From positions 1-44,899 of the IMG/VR virus record IMGVR_UViG_3300022538_000532: 44,899 nt of DNA. One strand, written 5' to 3'. The notes beneath the pieces are model-generated. The model saw only the letters and a list, made by a program, of their open reading frames with translations, had not been told where the DNA came from and searched no databases. Source of the DNA: a virus (Duplodnaviria > Caudoviricetes). The translations under genes were made by a program, and so were the position numbers. This document shows, piece after piece, positions 1-7,613 of the stretch (positions are counted from its first letter, which is position 1; each line of letters begins with the position of its first letter).

Positions 1-94
<94 letters not shown>

Positions 95-117
95 AAATTG
101 AATTAGGCTCAAGAAAC

Positions 118-251
118 TACTTAGAAAGAACTAAGAAACGTCAATAAATGACAAAAGAAACTGGGAAGATTATATTTAATTGTATATAAAAGTGGTTATT
201 TAAGGATATATAATCACCATCAACGTCACGTTCACGATTACGAACGGTCAC
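118..251. repeat. Left arm of imperfect inverted repeat flanking the poly(dA) junction
   Basis: 165-251 aligns without gaps to the reverse complement of 44694-44780 (68/87 identical by manual count); 118-130 TACTTAGAAAGAA is the exact reverse complement of 44790-44802. Confidence 0.9.
133..152 (+). promoter_or_regulatory. Dispersed 20-bp motif, copy 1 (AAGAAACGTCAATAAATGAC)
   Basis: Matches the approximate consensus MAGAAAHGTCAATWWWYRAY found 16 times in the window. Confidence 0.75.
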
Positions 252-315
252 GGATAAAGACATTTAAATTTATTAAAAACCATTAAATATAAATTAAATT
301 TCTATAAAATAATCC

Positions 316-344
316 TTGTCAGTTTTCTTTTGTTATGTTAAAAT
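316..344 (+). promoter_or_regulatory. Sigma70-type promoter
   Basis: TTGTCA-17 nt-TAAAAT with extended -10 TG, upstream of ORF 397. Confidence 0.65.
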
Positions 345-396
345 ATGTTTAAATAATTGAATTTGATTAAATTTAAATAAAAACAAAGGAGAAACA

Positions 397-780
397 ATGA
401 CAAAAAGAAAAAGAATAGGTATTACAGATCAATCTTTAATAAAAGAATTTGAAGTGAAAGAAGTTAAAAACGAAAAAGGTGAAATAATTGCTTGCCTTGG
501 AACTTCAAAAAATAAATTAATATTTACAAGACTTAAAGTAGATATGGATAACTTTGGAGAAGCTGTTTACTATACCAAAGAAATAAATAAAATAATAAAT
601 AGAAAAGGCTCAAAAAAAGCAAAGAAAGTAGACGGTAGAAGTGCAGAAGGAATAAAACAAAAAGAAATTGCTTCTATACTTCTTAATATCCTTTCGACTG
701 CTGGTATTCATGATGAAATATCTTTAGAAGGAATAGGAAAATATTTCGTTCAGTTAACCAAAATAAAAATCTGTTTTTAA
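397..780 (+). CDS. Hypothetical early protein
   Basis: 127-aa ORF, AAGGAG RBS. Confidence 0.75.
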   Translation: MTKRKRIGITDQSLIKEFEVKEVKNEKGEIIACLGTSKNKLIFTRLKVDMDNFGEAVYYTKEINKIINRKGSKKAKKVDGRSAEGIKQKEIASILLNILSTAGIHDEISLEGIGKYFVQLTKIKICF

Positions 781-805
781 CTTAAGTAAAGGAGAATAAA
801 AAAAA

Positions 806-1057
806 ATGACTTTATCCAAATTAATTTATGAAAAAGCACTCGAATTAAAACCCGGCGAAAGACTTCTTTTTCCAAGTCAAGATAAAAAAGAAATTCATTC
901 TTTAAGAACAATGATTTATAAAGAAAGGAACGAAAGAAAACTCCAAAATCCTTCTTTTAAAGATGGTCTTATTTTCAAGCAAAAAAACGAAGGACTTGAA
1001 ATTTATAATAAAAAAGAAATAAATATAGATGAATTGGTAATTATTACTAAAGAATAA
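806..1057 (+). CDS. Hypothetical protein, paralog family A (possible small DNA-binding domain)
   Basis: AAGGAG RBS; N-terminus similar to ORFs 2043 and 3877. Confidence 0.75.
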   Translation: MTLSKLIYEKALELKPGERLLFPSQDKKEIHSLRTMIYKERNERKLQNPSFKDGLIFKQKNEGLEIYNKKEINIDELVIITKE

Positions 1058-1064
1058 ACTCAAA

Positions 1065-1119
1065 CAAACCCACTGACTTATCAAAAATTGACGTTTCTTA
1101 ATTAAAAGTCAGCGGGTTT
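1065..1119 (+). terminator. Hairpin (terminator/processing stem) whose loop contains motif copy 2 (1080-1099, minus orientation)
   Basis: AAACCCACTGACTT ... AAGTCAGCGGGTTT, 13/14 inverted match. Confidence 0.55.
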
Positions 1120-1150
1120 AAATAAATAAACAAGCTAATCAATTTATTCC

Positions 1151-1179
1151 TTGCCAGAAAATAAAAATTTTGTTATAAT
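1151..1179 (+). promoter_or_regulatory. Sigma70-type promoter
   Basis: TTGCCA-17 nt-TATAAT with extended -10 TG. Confidence 0.75.
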
Positions 1180-1231
1180 ATATTTAAATGAATGAATAGG
1201 AAATAATTTAAATCTTAAAAGGAGAAAAAAA

Positions 1232-1456
1232 ATGTCTAAATTTAATATTTATAACAAAGATGATAAAACTGAATATTTTTTTAACTTAGAAGAAATTACA
1301 GATGGGATTGTTGTAACACTTGTAGATAGAAATGGTAGTATACAGTATAGTTTATTACGCATTGACAAGGATGGGATTACATGTCATGAGGGTGTTTGGG
1401 ATAAAAGACTACCATTTAAAACAACTACAGAAGGTACTATCGCAATAAATAAATAA
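1232..1456 (+). CDS. Hypothetical protein
   Basis: 74-aa ORF, AAGGAG RBS, downstream of a promoter. Confidence 0.75.
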   Translation: MSKFNIYNKDDKTEYFFNLEEITDGIVVTLVDRNGSIQYSLLRIDKDGITCHEGVWDKRLPFKTTTEGTIAINK

Positions 1457-1515
1457 TTTAAATCTTCAACTTGCCTTTGAGCAGAAGTTCAAAGGTAAAC
1501 TTGAGTATTTAAATT
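1455..1515 (+). promoter_or_regulatory. Long intergenic hairpin, putative RNase III site (copy 1)
   Basis: Stem core TTGCCTTTGAGC/GTTCAAAGGTAA with a small asymmetric internal loop; core shared with 3389-3447. Confidence 0.6.
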
Positions 1516-1557
1516 AAATTAAATTAAATTAAATATAACAAAAAAAAAGGAAAAAAA

Positions 1558-1638
1558 ATGTCTCGATACGTAAAACTTTACATCATAATCCCTTACACAG
1601 CAACAGGAATTATTCTTTTAATCTTCAATTCCCTTTAA
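1558..1638 (+). CDS. Small hydrophobic peptide (26 aa, MSRYVKLYIIIPYTATGIILLIFNSL)
   Basis: Manually translated; AAGGA RBS; not in the ORF track. Confidence 0.45.
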   Translation: MSRYVKLYIIIPYTATGIILLIFNSL

Positions 1639-1651
1639 AAAGGAGAAAATC

Positions 1652-1771
1652 TTGACTTACTATGAATGGTTTACAGACCTCGCGGCACAAACAGATATAT
1701 CCGAAATAAATAATGCAACTAAATTAATATGTATTATACTAACATTTAAATATTTCTTCAAATCATTCTAA
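1652..1771 (+). CDS. Small hypothetical protein (39 aa, TTG start)
   Basis: Manually translated; AAGGAG RBS just upstream of TTG. Confidence 0.45.
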   Translation: MTYYEWFTDLAAQTDISEINNATKLICIILTFKYFFKSF

Positions 1772-1780
1772 AGAAAAAAA

Positions 1781-2032
1781 ATGCAAATAAAAAACAGCAA
1801 AAAAATAAAAGGAGTTTATAGATTAATCATTCCCTCCTCATCAGAAAAATATGGGCGTAGATATTGTTATGCCTTCTGGGAAGGTTATCATACAGATAAC
1901 GAAAAAAAACTTCATAAAAGATTCTCATGTAATAATTATGGAGAAGAAACTGCTAAGACTCTTGCCATAATTTTCAAAAAAGAAGGAATATCGGGAGTAA
2001 TTAAATATAAAAATAAACATCGACTTAAATAA
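1781..2032 (+). CDS. Stand-alone AP2-like DNA-binding domain protein
   Basis: GVYR...YAFW...KRFS.N.YGEE.AK.LA pattern typical of AP2 domains in phage HNH-AP2 proteins. Confidence 0.6.
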   Translation: MQIKNSKKIKGVYRLIIPSSSEKYGRRYCYAFWEGYHTDNEKKLHKRFSCNNYGEETAKTLAIIFKKEGISGVIKYKNKHRLK

Positions 2033-2042
2033 AAGGAAAGAA

Positions 2043-2534
2043 ATGAATAAAAAAACCTTTATTCAAGAAACATTCGATAAAGTCCTTCAACTTCAAGAGA
2101 ATCAATCCCTTATTTTCACTTTCGAAGATGAAAGAGAAATTGAATCTAAAAGGACTGCTTTTTATCACGAAAAAAGAAAACATTTTACTTTCAACCCCGA
2201 AGCAGATTCTATTCAAATTTCACGAGAAGGACTTCGATTAATTCTTAAAAAAACCTCAGCTAAATGGGCAAAAACAGGCGTTGTTGTTAATGATGAAACA
2301 GGAACAATAAAACCATTCTCCCTAACACCAAATTTAGAAACAGAACCAAAAACAAAAGAAATCCCCGAATCTCTTTGCTTAGAAACACCCAAAGATTTCA
2401 GCTCAAATTTCCAAAAATTCCTCAAAACAAGAACATCTGCAGATTCAAGAATAATTACTTCTATGCTTAATGATGATCTTGATGAAACTGCAATTTATGA
2501 AATCTTTAATTATACCCCAGAAAAGGAGAAGTAA
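2043..2534 (+). CDS. Hypothetical protein, paralog family A
   Basis: 163-aa ORF; similar to 806 and 3877. Confidence 0.75.
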   Translation: MNKKTFIQETFDKVLQLQENQSLIFTFEDEREIESKRTAFYHEKRKHFTFNPEADSIQISREGLRLILKKTSAKWAKTGVVVNDETGTIKPFSLTPNLETEPKTKEIPESLCLETPKDFSSNFQKFLKTRTSADSRIITSMLNDDLDETAIYEIFNYTPEKEK

Positions 2535-2711
2535 ATGTCTACTATCATCTACGAATGCACTTGCGGCAATGAGCTTGAAGTAAAAGAAAAGCATCAAGAA
2601 TCAATAATATTGCATCCCTGTGAAGTTTGTTTAAATGAAAAATACGATGAAGGTAGTGCAGATGGTTGGGATAATGGCTATGATGAAGGTTTTTCAGAAG
2701 GAGAAGATTAA
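2535..2711 (+). CDS. Small Zn-ribbon-like protein with acidic GxxxG tail (58 aa)
   Basis: Manually translated: CTCG...CEVC then YDEG/GWDNGYDEGF; AAGGAG RBS. Confidence 0.65.
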   Translation: MSTIIYECTCGNELEVKEKHQESIILHPCEVCLNEKYDEGSADGWDNGYDEGFSEGED

Positions 2712-2713
2712 AA

Positions 2714-2857
2714 ATGAAAATTATCCTTAGTCTTTTCTTTACCACCGGCTTAATCCTCACTTGCAACGAAGGAGATTGTCTTTGGTATAACTTCTTAGGA
2801 ATGGGAATACTTATAACCACCGGAATTATTTTCACTCTAAACAAGGAAAGGAATTAA
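2714..2857 (+). CDS. Small two-TM membrane protein (47 aa)
   Basis: Manually translated MKIILSLFFTTGLILTC...FLGMGILITTGIIFTL; AAGGAG RBS. Confidence 0.55.
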   Translation: MKIILSLFFTTGLILTCNEGDCLWYNFLGMGILITTGIIFTLNKERN

Positions 2858-2862
2858 ATAAA

Positions 2863-3090
2863 ATGAAGCCTGAAACAGCACAAAAATTAACAGAAGAACT
2901 TGCAAAGATCACAAACAGTGCAATAGCACTTGACCAAACCACTTGGACACACAAAAGAGAATCAGAATTTCATAATACTCTCGGATATACGATTTTTATC
3001 CATGCTGAAATAAAGCATTATCACTTCAAAACAGAAAAAGAAGTAATAAACTTCGTCAGAATTAAAAAGCTCCTTCACAAGAAATTCTAA
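2863..3090 (+). CDS. Hypothetical protein
   Basis: 75-aa ORF with RBS, in operon. Confidence 0.7.
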   Translation: MKPETAQKLTEELAKITNSAIALDQTTWTHKRESEFHNTLGYTIFIHAEIKHYHFKTEKEVINFVRIKKLLHKKF

Positions 3091-3104
3091 ACAACAACTT
3101 TAAC

Positions 3105-3124
3105 GTTAAAAATTGACATTTCTT
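3105..3124 (-). promoter_or_regulatory. Dispersed 20-bp motif, copy 3
   Basis: Reverse complement AAGAAATGTCAATTTTTAAC, intergenic. Confidence 0.75.
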
Positions 3125-3150
3125 AAATAAAATAATAAAAAGAGAATAAA

Positions 3151-3387
3151 ATGAAATACCAAATAAATCCAAACTGCAATAACTGTGATTCAATCTGCAA
3201 AGGTGCAATAGGTACAAGACACGGAAAACCTTATGGCTGGAATGAAGTCGAAAAATGTCGTAGGTATACAGAACCAAAAAAATGGAAGCCAATGCTTGCA
3301 GAATTAGCTTTAACTCATCCTCAATCATTACATGATTCTCTCAGTGTTTTACCGTTTAAAGTCAAATTAAACTTCACACTAAATTAA
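3151..3387 (+). CDS. Hypothetical Cys-rich protein
   Basis: 78-aa ORF, CxxCxxxC...C. Confidence 0.6.
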   Translation: MKYQINPNCNNCDSICKGAIGTRHGKPYGWNEVEKCRRYTEPKKWKPMLAELALTHPQSLHDSLSVLPFKVKLNFTLN

Positions 3388-3388
3388 A

Positions 3389-3447
3389 TTAACTTTTTAA
3401 CTTACCTTTGAGTAATAAATTATTCAAAGGTAAACTTAAGAAGTTAA
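3389..3447 (+). promoter_or_regulatory. Long intergenic hairpin, putative RNase III site (copy 2)
   Basis: TTACCTTTGAGTAAT/ATTATTCAAAGGTAA stem with the same C/AC internal loop as 1455-1515. Confidence 0.6.
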
Positions 3448-3470
3448 CTTAAAAAGAAAAGGAGAATAAA

Positions 3471-3689
3471 ATGATAAAAACAGTTGAGGAATTAAAAGAC
3501 TTTTTTCACAACCATAACTTTCCCGAAAATGAAAGAGCATTTGTTGATTCAGAAATAAGAAAAGATTGGATACTTAATAAAGAAAGAACAATAATAGCCG
3601 GAAAAGTTTACACAATGGCATTTACTGACATAAAAGGCGGAATATGGGAAGTACGATTATGTGATACTCCTCCTAATTTAAAATGGTAA
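3471..3689 (+). CDS. Hypothetical protein
   Basis: 72-aa ORF, AAGGAG RBS. Confidence 0.75.
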   Translation: MIKTVEELKDFFHNHNFPENERAFVDSEIRKDWILNKERTIIAGKVYTMAFTDIKGGIWEVRLCDTPPNLKW

Positions 3690-3713
3690 TAAAAAAGAAA
3701 AGGAGAAAATAAA

Positions 3714-3884
3714 ATGACTAAGAAAATGAGAAAGAAAATCTTCGGTCTTCACAATGATGGACTTTCAGAAGAAATGGTAATTACTATTATTCTTCAAACA
3801 ATGAAAGCAAAAACAGATAATGAAAAAGCGGTAGAAATTTTAGAGTTTATTAAATGGAGTAAGGAGGCAAAAAGAAATGAATAA
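3714..3884 (+). CDS. Hypothetical protein (56 aa)
   Basis: Manually translated MTKKMRKKIFGLHNDG...; AAGGAG RBS. Confidence 0.6.
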   Translation: MTKKMRKKIFGLHNDGLSEEMVITIILQTMKAKTDNEKAVEILEFIKWSKEAKRNE

Positions 3885-4290
3885 TAGAGAAATTCTCATC
3901 ACCTGGCTCAATGAAGCCAACGCCATGAAAGCAGGAGAAGAACTTTATCTCCCCTGCGAAAGTAAAGAAACACAAAAAGATCTCTTCAAATATTTCAAAA
4001 AGGAAATTCAAATTCTTGAAAAAGTAGATCCTAAATCAGCAAGTTCTCTTTTCCTCGGGAAGAATTTTAAAGACCACAGGTTTTGGGTCTTTATCAGGAA
4101 AACAGCCCATTCCCCATTGACAGCTTTCAAAAAAGAAGCCAATGGAAACACAAAAAGACTCGATCTTGAAATAAATTCAGAAAAGAAAAGACGCCTACGT
4201 CTTATGAAAGAAGATGGACTTTCTCTTACTGATACAAAAGAAATCGAGTCTTTAACTAAGGAAGATATTGAATACTGGAGGTCTTTATAA
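3877..4290 (+). CDS. Hypothetical protein, paralog family A
   Basis: 137-aa ORF, AAGGAGG RBS; similar to 806 and 2043. Confidence 0.75.
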   Translation: MNNREILITWLNEANAMKAGEELYLPCESKETQKDLFKYFKKEIQILEKVDPKSASSLFLGKNFKDHRFWVFIRKTAHSPLTAFKKEANGNTKRLDLEINSEKKRRLRLMKEDGLSLTDTKEIESLTKEDIEYWRSL

Positions 4291-4605
4291 ATGATAGAGT
4301 CCATTATTCCTATTAAACTAAAACGGGATCATATAAAAGAAATATATAATCTTTCTATTAAAACATACAATAGACTTGAAATCATTTTCAATAACAATTA
4401 TATTCTATCAGTAATAAAATATACCAACTACAGTACAAAAAAAGCACCGTATAAAATAGCAGTTTGTGCAAAAGGCGCTGAAAATTATTTAACAGCAAAA
4501 ATATTCGCAGAAGCAAAAGGACAAAATATAATTAATAATTTAACCAAAGACGAAGTCGTTGACAAAATGATTTTACTTACTCTTCTAAAAGAAAGAAAGA
4601 AATAA
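4291..4605 (+). CDS. Hypothetical protein
   Basis: 104-aa ORF, GGAGG RBS. Confidence 0.7.
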   Translation: MIESIIPIKLKRDHIKEIYNLSIKTYNRLEIIFNNNYILSVIKYTNYSTKKAPYKIAVCAKGAENYLTAKIFAEAKGQNIINNLTKDEVVDKMILLTLLKERKK

Positions 4606-4657
4606 ACCCAAATAACTCGGACCGTACATTCGAGTTTCTCTAAAAAGAAAGGATAAA

Positions 4658-5011
4658 ATGAAAATAATCATAGCAGGAAGTAGAACTTTCTCTAACTATT
4701 CTTTATTCAAGAAAAAAATAGACCAAGTTCTACAAAACATAAAACACCCTGAAATAATTTCCGGTTGCGCTTCTGGCGCTGATTCCCTTGCAATCAAATA
4801 CGCAGTAAAACACGAAATACCCTGCCATAAAATGCCTGCCGATTGGAAAAATTATGGCTTAGCAGCAGGCTATATTAGAAATACCGAAATGGCTGACATT
4901 GCTAATATGCTAATAGCCTTTTGGAATGGTAAATCAAAAGGTACTCGACACATGATAAAAATAGCAAAAGAGAAAAAACTTGAAACTATAATTTTCAATA
5001 CGGAGAAATAA
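4658..5011 (+). CDS. YspA/SLOG-family (DUF2493-like) protein
   Basis: IIIAGSR, IISGCASGAD, ADW..YG.AAG.IRN..M, AFWNG.SKGT motifs. Confidence 0.85.
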   Translation: MKIIIAGSRTFSNYSLFKKKIDQVLQNIKHPEIISGCASGADSLAIKYAVKHEIPCHKMPADWKNYGLAAGYIRNTEMADIANMLIAFWNGKSKGTRHMIKIAKEKKLETIIFNTEK

Positions 5012-5914
5012 ATGTCTAACTTCAACTTAATAAATCCAGAAATAGAAACCCCATCTCCAAAAGCAAAAGGTTTCCTTCCCAAGCGTGAAAACGTACAACT
5101 CGCTTGCCCTGCAAATGATCTTCGCCTTCAAAAAATAGGAGAATTTGTCTTCGCCCAGCCAAAACTGAACGGCGAACGCTGCAGAATAGAATGGATTTCA
5201 GGAAAACCACATTTAATTTCTTCTTATGGAAATGAATTTCAATTCATAGAGCATATCCAAGAAGCTCTCCTCTCTACCCCAATCCATAAAAACGTTCCTT
5301 ATGACGGAGAAATCTATATCCATGGCTGGCCACGAGAAAGAATTGACTCAGCCTTAAGACGAACCAAAAATAGAAACCCTGAAGTAGAAAAACTTCAATT
5401 TCACATTTTTGATATTCAAAGATACGATCACAAGCAAACAATCCGTTATCAAGAACTTCAATACCACAAAAAGTATTTTACAAATCCCCTCTATCTTGTT
5501 CCTACTGACATAATCAGATCACAAGATTGGACAAAAGCAGTAGCAGAATACGTCTCCCAAGACTACGAAGGAGCAATCTTCCGTAATCCCGAAGCCCTAT
5601 ACACCTCAAAGCGTTCAACAAAAATAATGCTTAAATCCAAACCAACTAAAAAAGACGTTTATCTCATCCTCGGAATCGAAGAAGCTATCTCTCAAGAAGG
5701 AGTCCCTAAAGCCATGATAGGTTCCTTCCTTGTAATAGGCGGAGATAATTCCCCCTTCAAAGTCGGTGCAGGAAAACTTTCTCATAAAGAAAGAAAAGCC
5801 CTTTGGCAAAGCAGAAAAATACTTATAGGAAAGAAACTTCTTGTAAAACATGAAGAGTTAAAAACAATAAACAATATACCTATCGCGGCAGTTGCTGTAG
5901 AGGTAATAGTATAA
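5012..5914 (+). CDS. lig: ATP-dependent DNA ligase
   Basis: KLNGER (KxDGxR-like adenylation motif), DGEIY, FHIFD, YEGAIFR, MLKSKP, C-terminal OB-like region. Confidence 0.88.
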   Translation: MSNFNLINPEIETPSPKAKGFLPKRENVQLACPANDLRLQKIGEFVFAQPKLNGERCRIEWISGKPHLISSYGNEFQFIEHIQEALLSTPIHKNVPYDGEIYIHGWPRERIDSALRRTKNRNPEVEKLQFHIFDIQRYDHKQTIRYQELQYHKKYFTNPLYLVPTDIIRSQDWTKAVAEYVSQDYEGAIFRNPEALYTSKRSTKIMLKSKPTKKDVYLILGIEEAISQEGVPKAMIGSFLVIGGDNSPFKVGAGKLSHKERKALWQSRKILIGKKLLVKHEELKTINNIPIAAVAVEVIV

Positions 5915-5934
5915 TGGAAACTATAATAAAAACC

Positions 5935-5954
5935 AAGAAAAGTCAATAAATAAC
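5935..5954 (+). promoter_or_regulatory. Dispersed 20-bp motif, copy 4
   Basis: AAGAAAAGTCAATAAATAAC, intergenic. Confidence 0.75.
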
Positions 5955-5968
5955 AATGGAGAAAAGAA

Positions 5969-6397
5969 ATGTATAAAGTAAAAGAATTAAAACTACCTTC
6001 AAATAGACAAATAAGTGATATAGCATATAGTCTTTATCATCAGGTAGAAGAACACGCTCTTAATGAAGTAGAACCTGAAATAGATAAAGATTATTATCAA
6101 ATGCCTACTGAAACAGAAAGACTTATTCTTTCTTGTAGCGGAAATAAAAGGAATGATGGAGTTGTTTATTTAATAAACTTAGAATTTATAAAAATAGATA
6201 ATGAAAAAGAAACTTACCACACAGAAATAGAAAAGTTAACTTGGTGGCAAGATTATTTCTACCAAGATCCAACTTACATCTATAACATCGGAAATCAACT
6301 CAATATTTATTTCCATTTAGATATTGGAATGACAGTAAATGGAAATTTAATCTTAATCGGAAACTGGAAGGAATTAACTAATGACAAAACCAATTAA
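5969..6397 (+). CDS. Hypothetical protein
   Basis: 142-aa ORF, GGAG RBS. Confidence 0.7.
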   Translation: MYKVKELKLPSNRQISDIAYSLYHQVEEHALNEVEPEIDKDYYQMPTETERLILSCSGNKRNDGVVYLINLEFIKIDNEKETYHTEIEKLTWWQDYFYQDPTYIYNIGNQLNIYFHLDIGMTVNGNLILIGNWKELTNDKTN

Positions 6398-6635
6398 TTG
6401 GGAGGAAAAAAATGAAATAGGAAAGAAAAAACTCGGAATTTCTAAAGAAACTATAATTTCAGAAAAAGAAGTTCTCCAAAGACTTTATTCTAATTACTAT
6501 TCTATACAAAGAATAGCCAGTTTATACAAAATTGCTCATACATCATTAAGACCAAGAATGAAAAAACTCGATATAAAAATACTTTCTTATAAACAACAAC
6601 TTAATAAAGGACTTAAAACAAAACAACATTTTTAA
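6381..6635 (+). CDS. Hypothetical protein, possible HTH
   Basis: SIQRIASLYKIAHTSLRPRMKKL resembles an HTH. Confidence 0.55.
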   Translation: MTKPINWEEKNEIGKKKLGISKETIISEKEVLQRLYSNYYSIQRIASLYKIAHTSLRPRMKKLDIKILSYKQQLNKGLKTKQHF

Positions 6636-6683
6636 TGGATAAAAGAAGATAATAAAAAAAAATAAATTATTTGAACAAAACGT

Positions 6684-6712
6684 TTGACATCTTGATTTTA
6701 ATAACGTATAAT
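6684..6712 (+). promoter_or_regulatory. Perfect consensus sigma70 promoter
   Basis: TTGACA-17 nt-TATAAT. Confidence 0.85.
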
Positions 6713-6794
6713 GTATTTAAACAATCGGGGGGAACAAAGCACAAACAAATATTTAATTCAATCAAATCTTAAAGAAAAGAAAAGGAGCAACAAA

Positions 6795-7250
6795 ATGGCG
6801 AAGAAAACAGAGGAAGCAAAGGGAGTAGAAGTAGAAGTAGAAACAAAGGGAGTAGAAGTAACGGAAACTGTATCAAAGAGAGCAAAGAAATTGTCAAAGA
6901 CAGTTAATTACAACAATAGCACTATCACCATTGAAGCACTCGGCGGTAAAAATGGTGCTGTAACCTATGCCTTTACAGATTTGCCCGAAACAATCCAGGC
7001 TAAATTCGGCCCATTCGGTCTCTCCCATAAACTCGGCGACGCAGCTGCAGGCAAAACGGGTATTGAAGCTGAGGAAGCAGTCCTTAAAGTATTCGAAGGT
7101 CTCAAAAATGGAGAATGGTCAGTTCGTGCTCCAGCAAAGCCAAAGGTATCTGTAAATAAAATCCTGGATAACTACAAAAACCTCGATCCATTACAGCAAA
7201 AGGCCGCTGCCAAACTTCTCGAGGATCTCGGTATTACACTGCCGGCATAA
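6795..7250 (+). CDS. Hypothetical phage protein (GLxxKL family; paralog of 43900)
   Basis: Start moved to MAKKTEE (AAGGAG RBS; the track's ATG overlaps the -10 box). Confidence 0.8.
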   Translation: MAKKTEEAKGVEVEVETKGVEVTETVSKRAKKLSKTVNYNNSTITIEALGGKNGAVTYAFTDLPETIQAKFGPFGLSHKLGDAAAGKTGIEAEEAVLKVFEGLKNGEWSVRAPAKPKVSVNKILDNYKNLDPLQQKAAAKLLEDLGITLPA

Positions 7251-7351
7251 GTACAGCCCATGTTAATTTCCTCTCCTATTGGTTATAGTGAAGAAATCAT
7301 GGTTTGCATTATTTTCGTTCTAAGGTGGGTCTAACCAACCCACCTATTTAT

Positions 7352-7466
7352 GGAAGCAGTGGCGGAATTGGTAGACGCTAAAAGTATGCGGAAGAGAAGA
7401 GATAGGAATTGGCTGCCACCGCTTTAAGCTTACCTATCATACAGGTTCGAATCCTGTCTGCTTCCA
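7352..7466 (+). ncRNA. tRNA-like RNA 1 (Leu-type D arm, T arm, 8-bp acceptor stem; no canonical anticodon arm, ~60-nt insert)
   Basis: GGAAGCAG...CTGCTTCC-A stem; TGGCGGAATTGGTAGACGC; ACAGG-TTCGAAT-CCTGT. Confidence 0.8.
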
Positions 7467-7481
7467 TCTTAAACAAAATAT

Positions 7482-7613
7482 GGAAGCAGTGGCGGAATTG
7501 GTAGACGCTTAGTTATGTCGTAAATTGAGTACTGTCCACGCCGAAAGGTTCTGAGTAAGTTAAGTGGAGGTCGCCTAATCTCAATATGCAGGTTCGAATC
7601 CTGTCTGCTTCCA
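7482..7613 (+). ncRNA. tRNA-like RNA 2 (same scaffold, unrelated ~77-nt structured insert)
   Basis: Identical 5' 31 nt and near-identical 3' 40 nt to copy 1; insert has ATTGAG/CTCAAT, TCCAC/GTGGA and CC-GAAA-GG helices. Confidence 0.8.

Noticed and set aside
118-251. True terminal inverted repeats of a linear protein-primed genome
   Set aside because: The arms are only about 78% identical and internal to the A-runs. The polymerase is family A and a terminase/portal system is present.
1080-1099. Dispersed motif as a simple sigma70 -35 box (TTGAC on one strand)
   Set aside because: The copies I checked lack a convincing -10 at 16-18 nt, many would point antisense, and conservation extends on both sides of TTGAC.
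6816-6870. Short tandem repeat (AAAGGGAGTAGAAGTA, KGVEV twice)
   Set aside because: Low-complexity duplication in a disordered N-terminus, with no evidence of a special role.
7279-7345. Third tRNA-like unit upstream of the pair
   Set aside because: Only hairpins are present (AGGTGGGT/ACCCACCT; TTGGTTA/TAACCAA), with no D-arm or TTCGA T-loop.
7352-7613. Canonical tRNA-Leu or tRNA-Sec genes
   Set aside because: No 5-bp stem/7-nt loop anticodon arm can be formed at the expected position, so no anticodon can be assigned.
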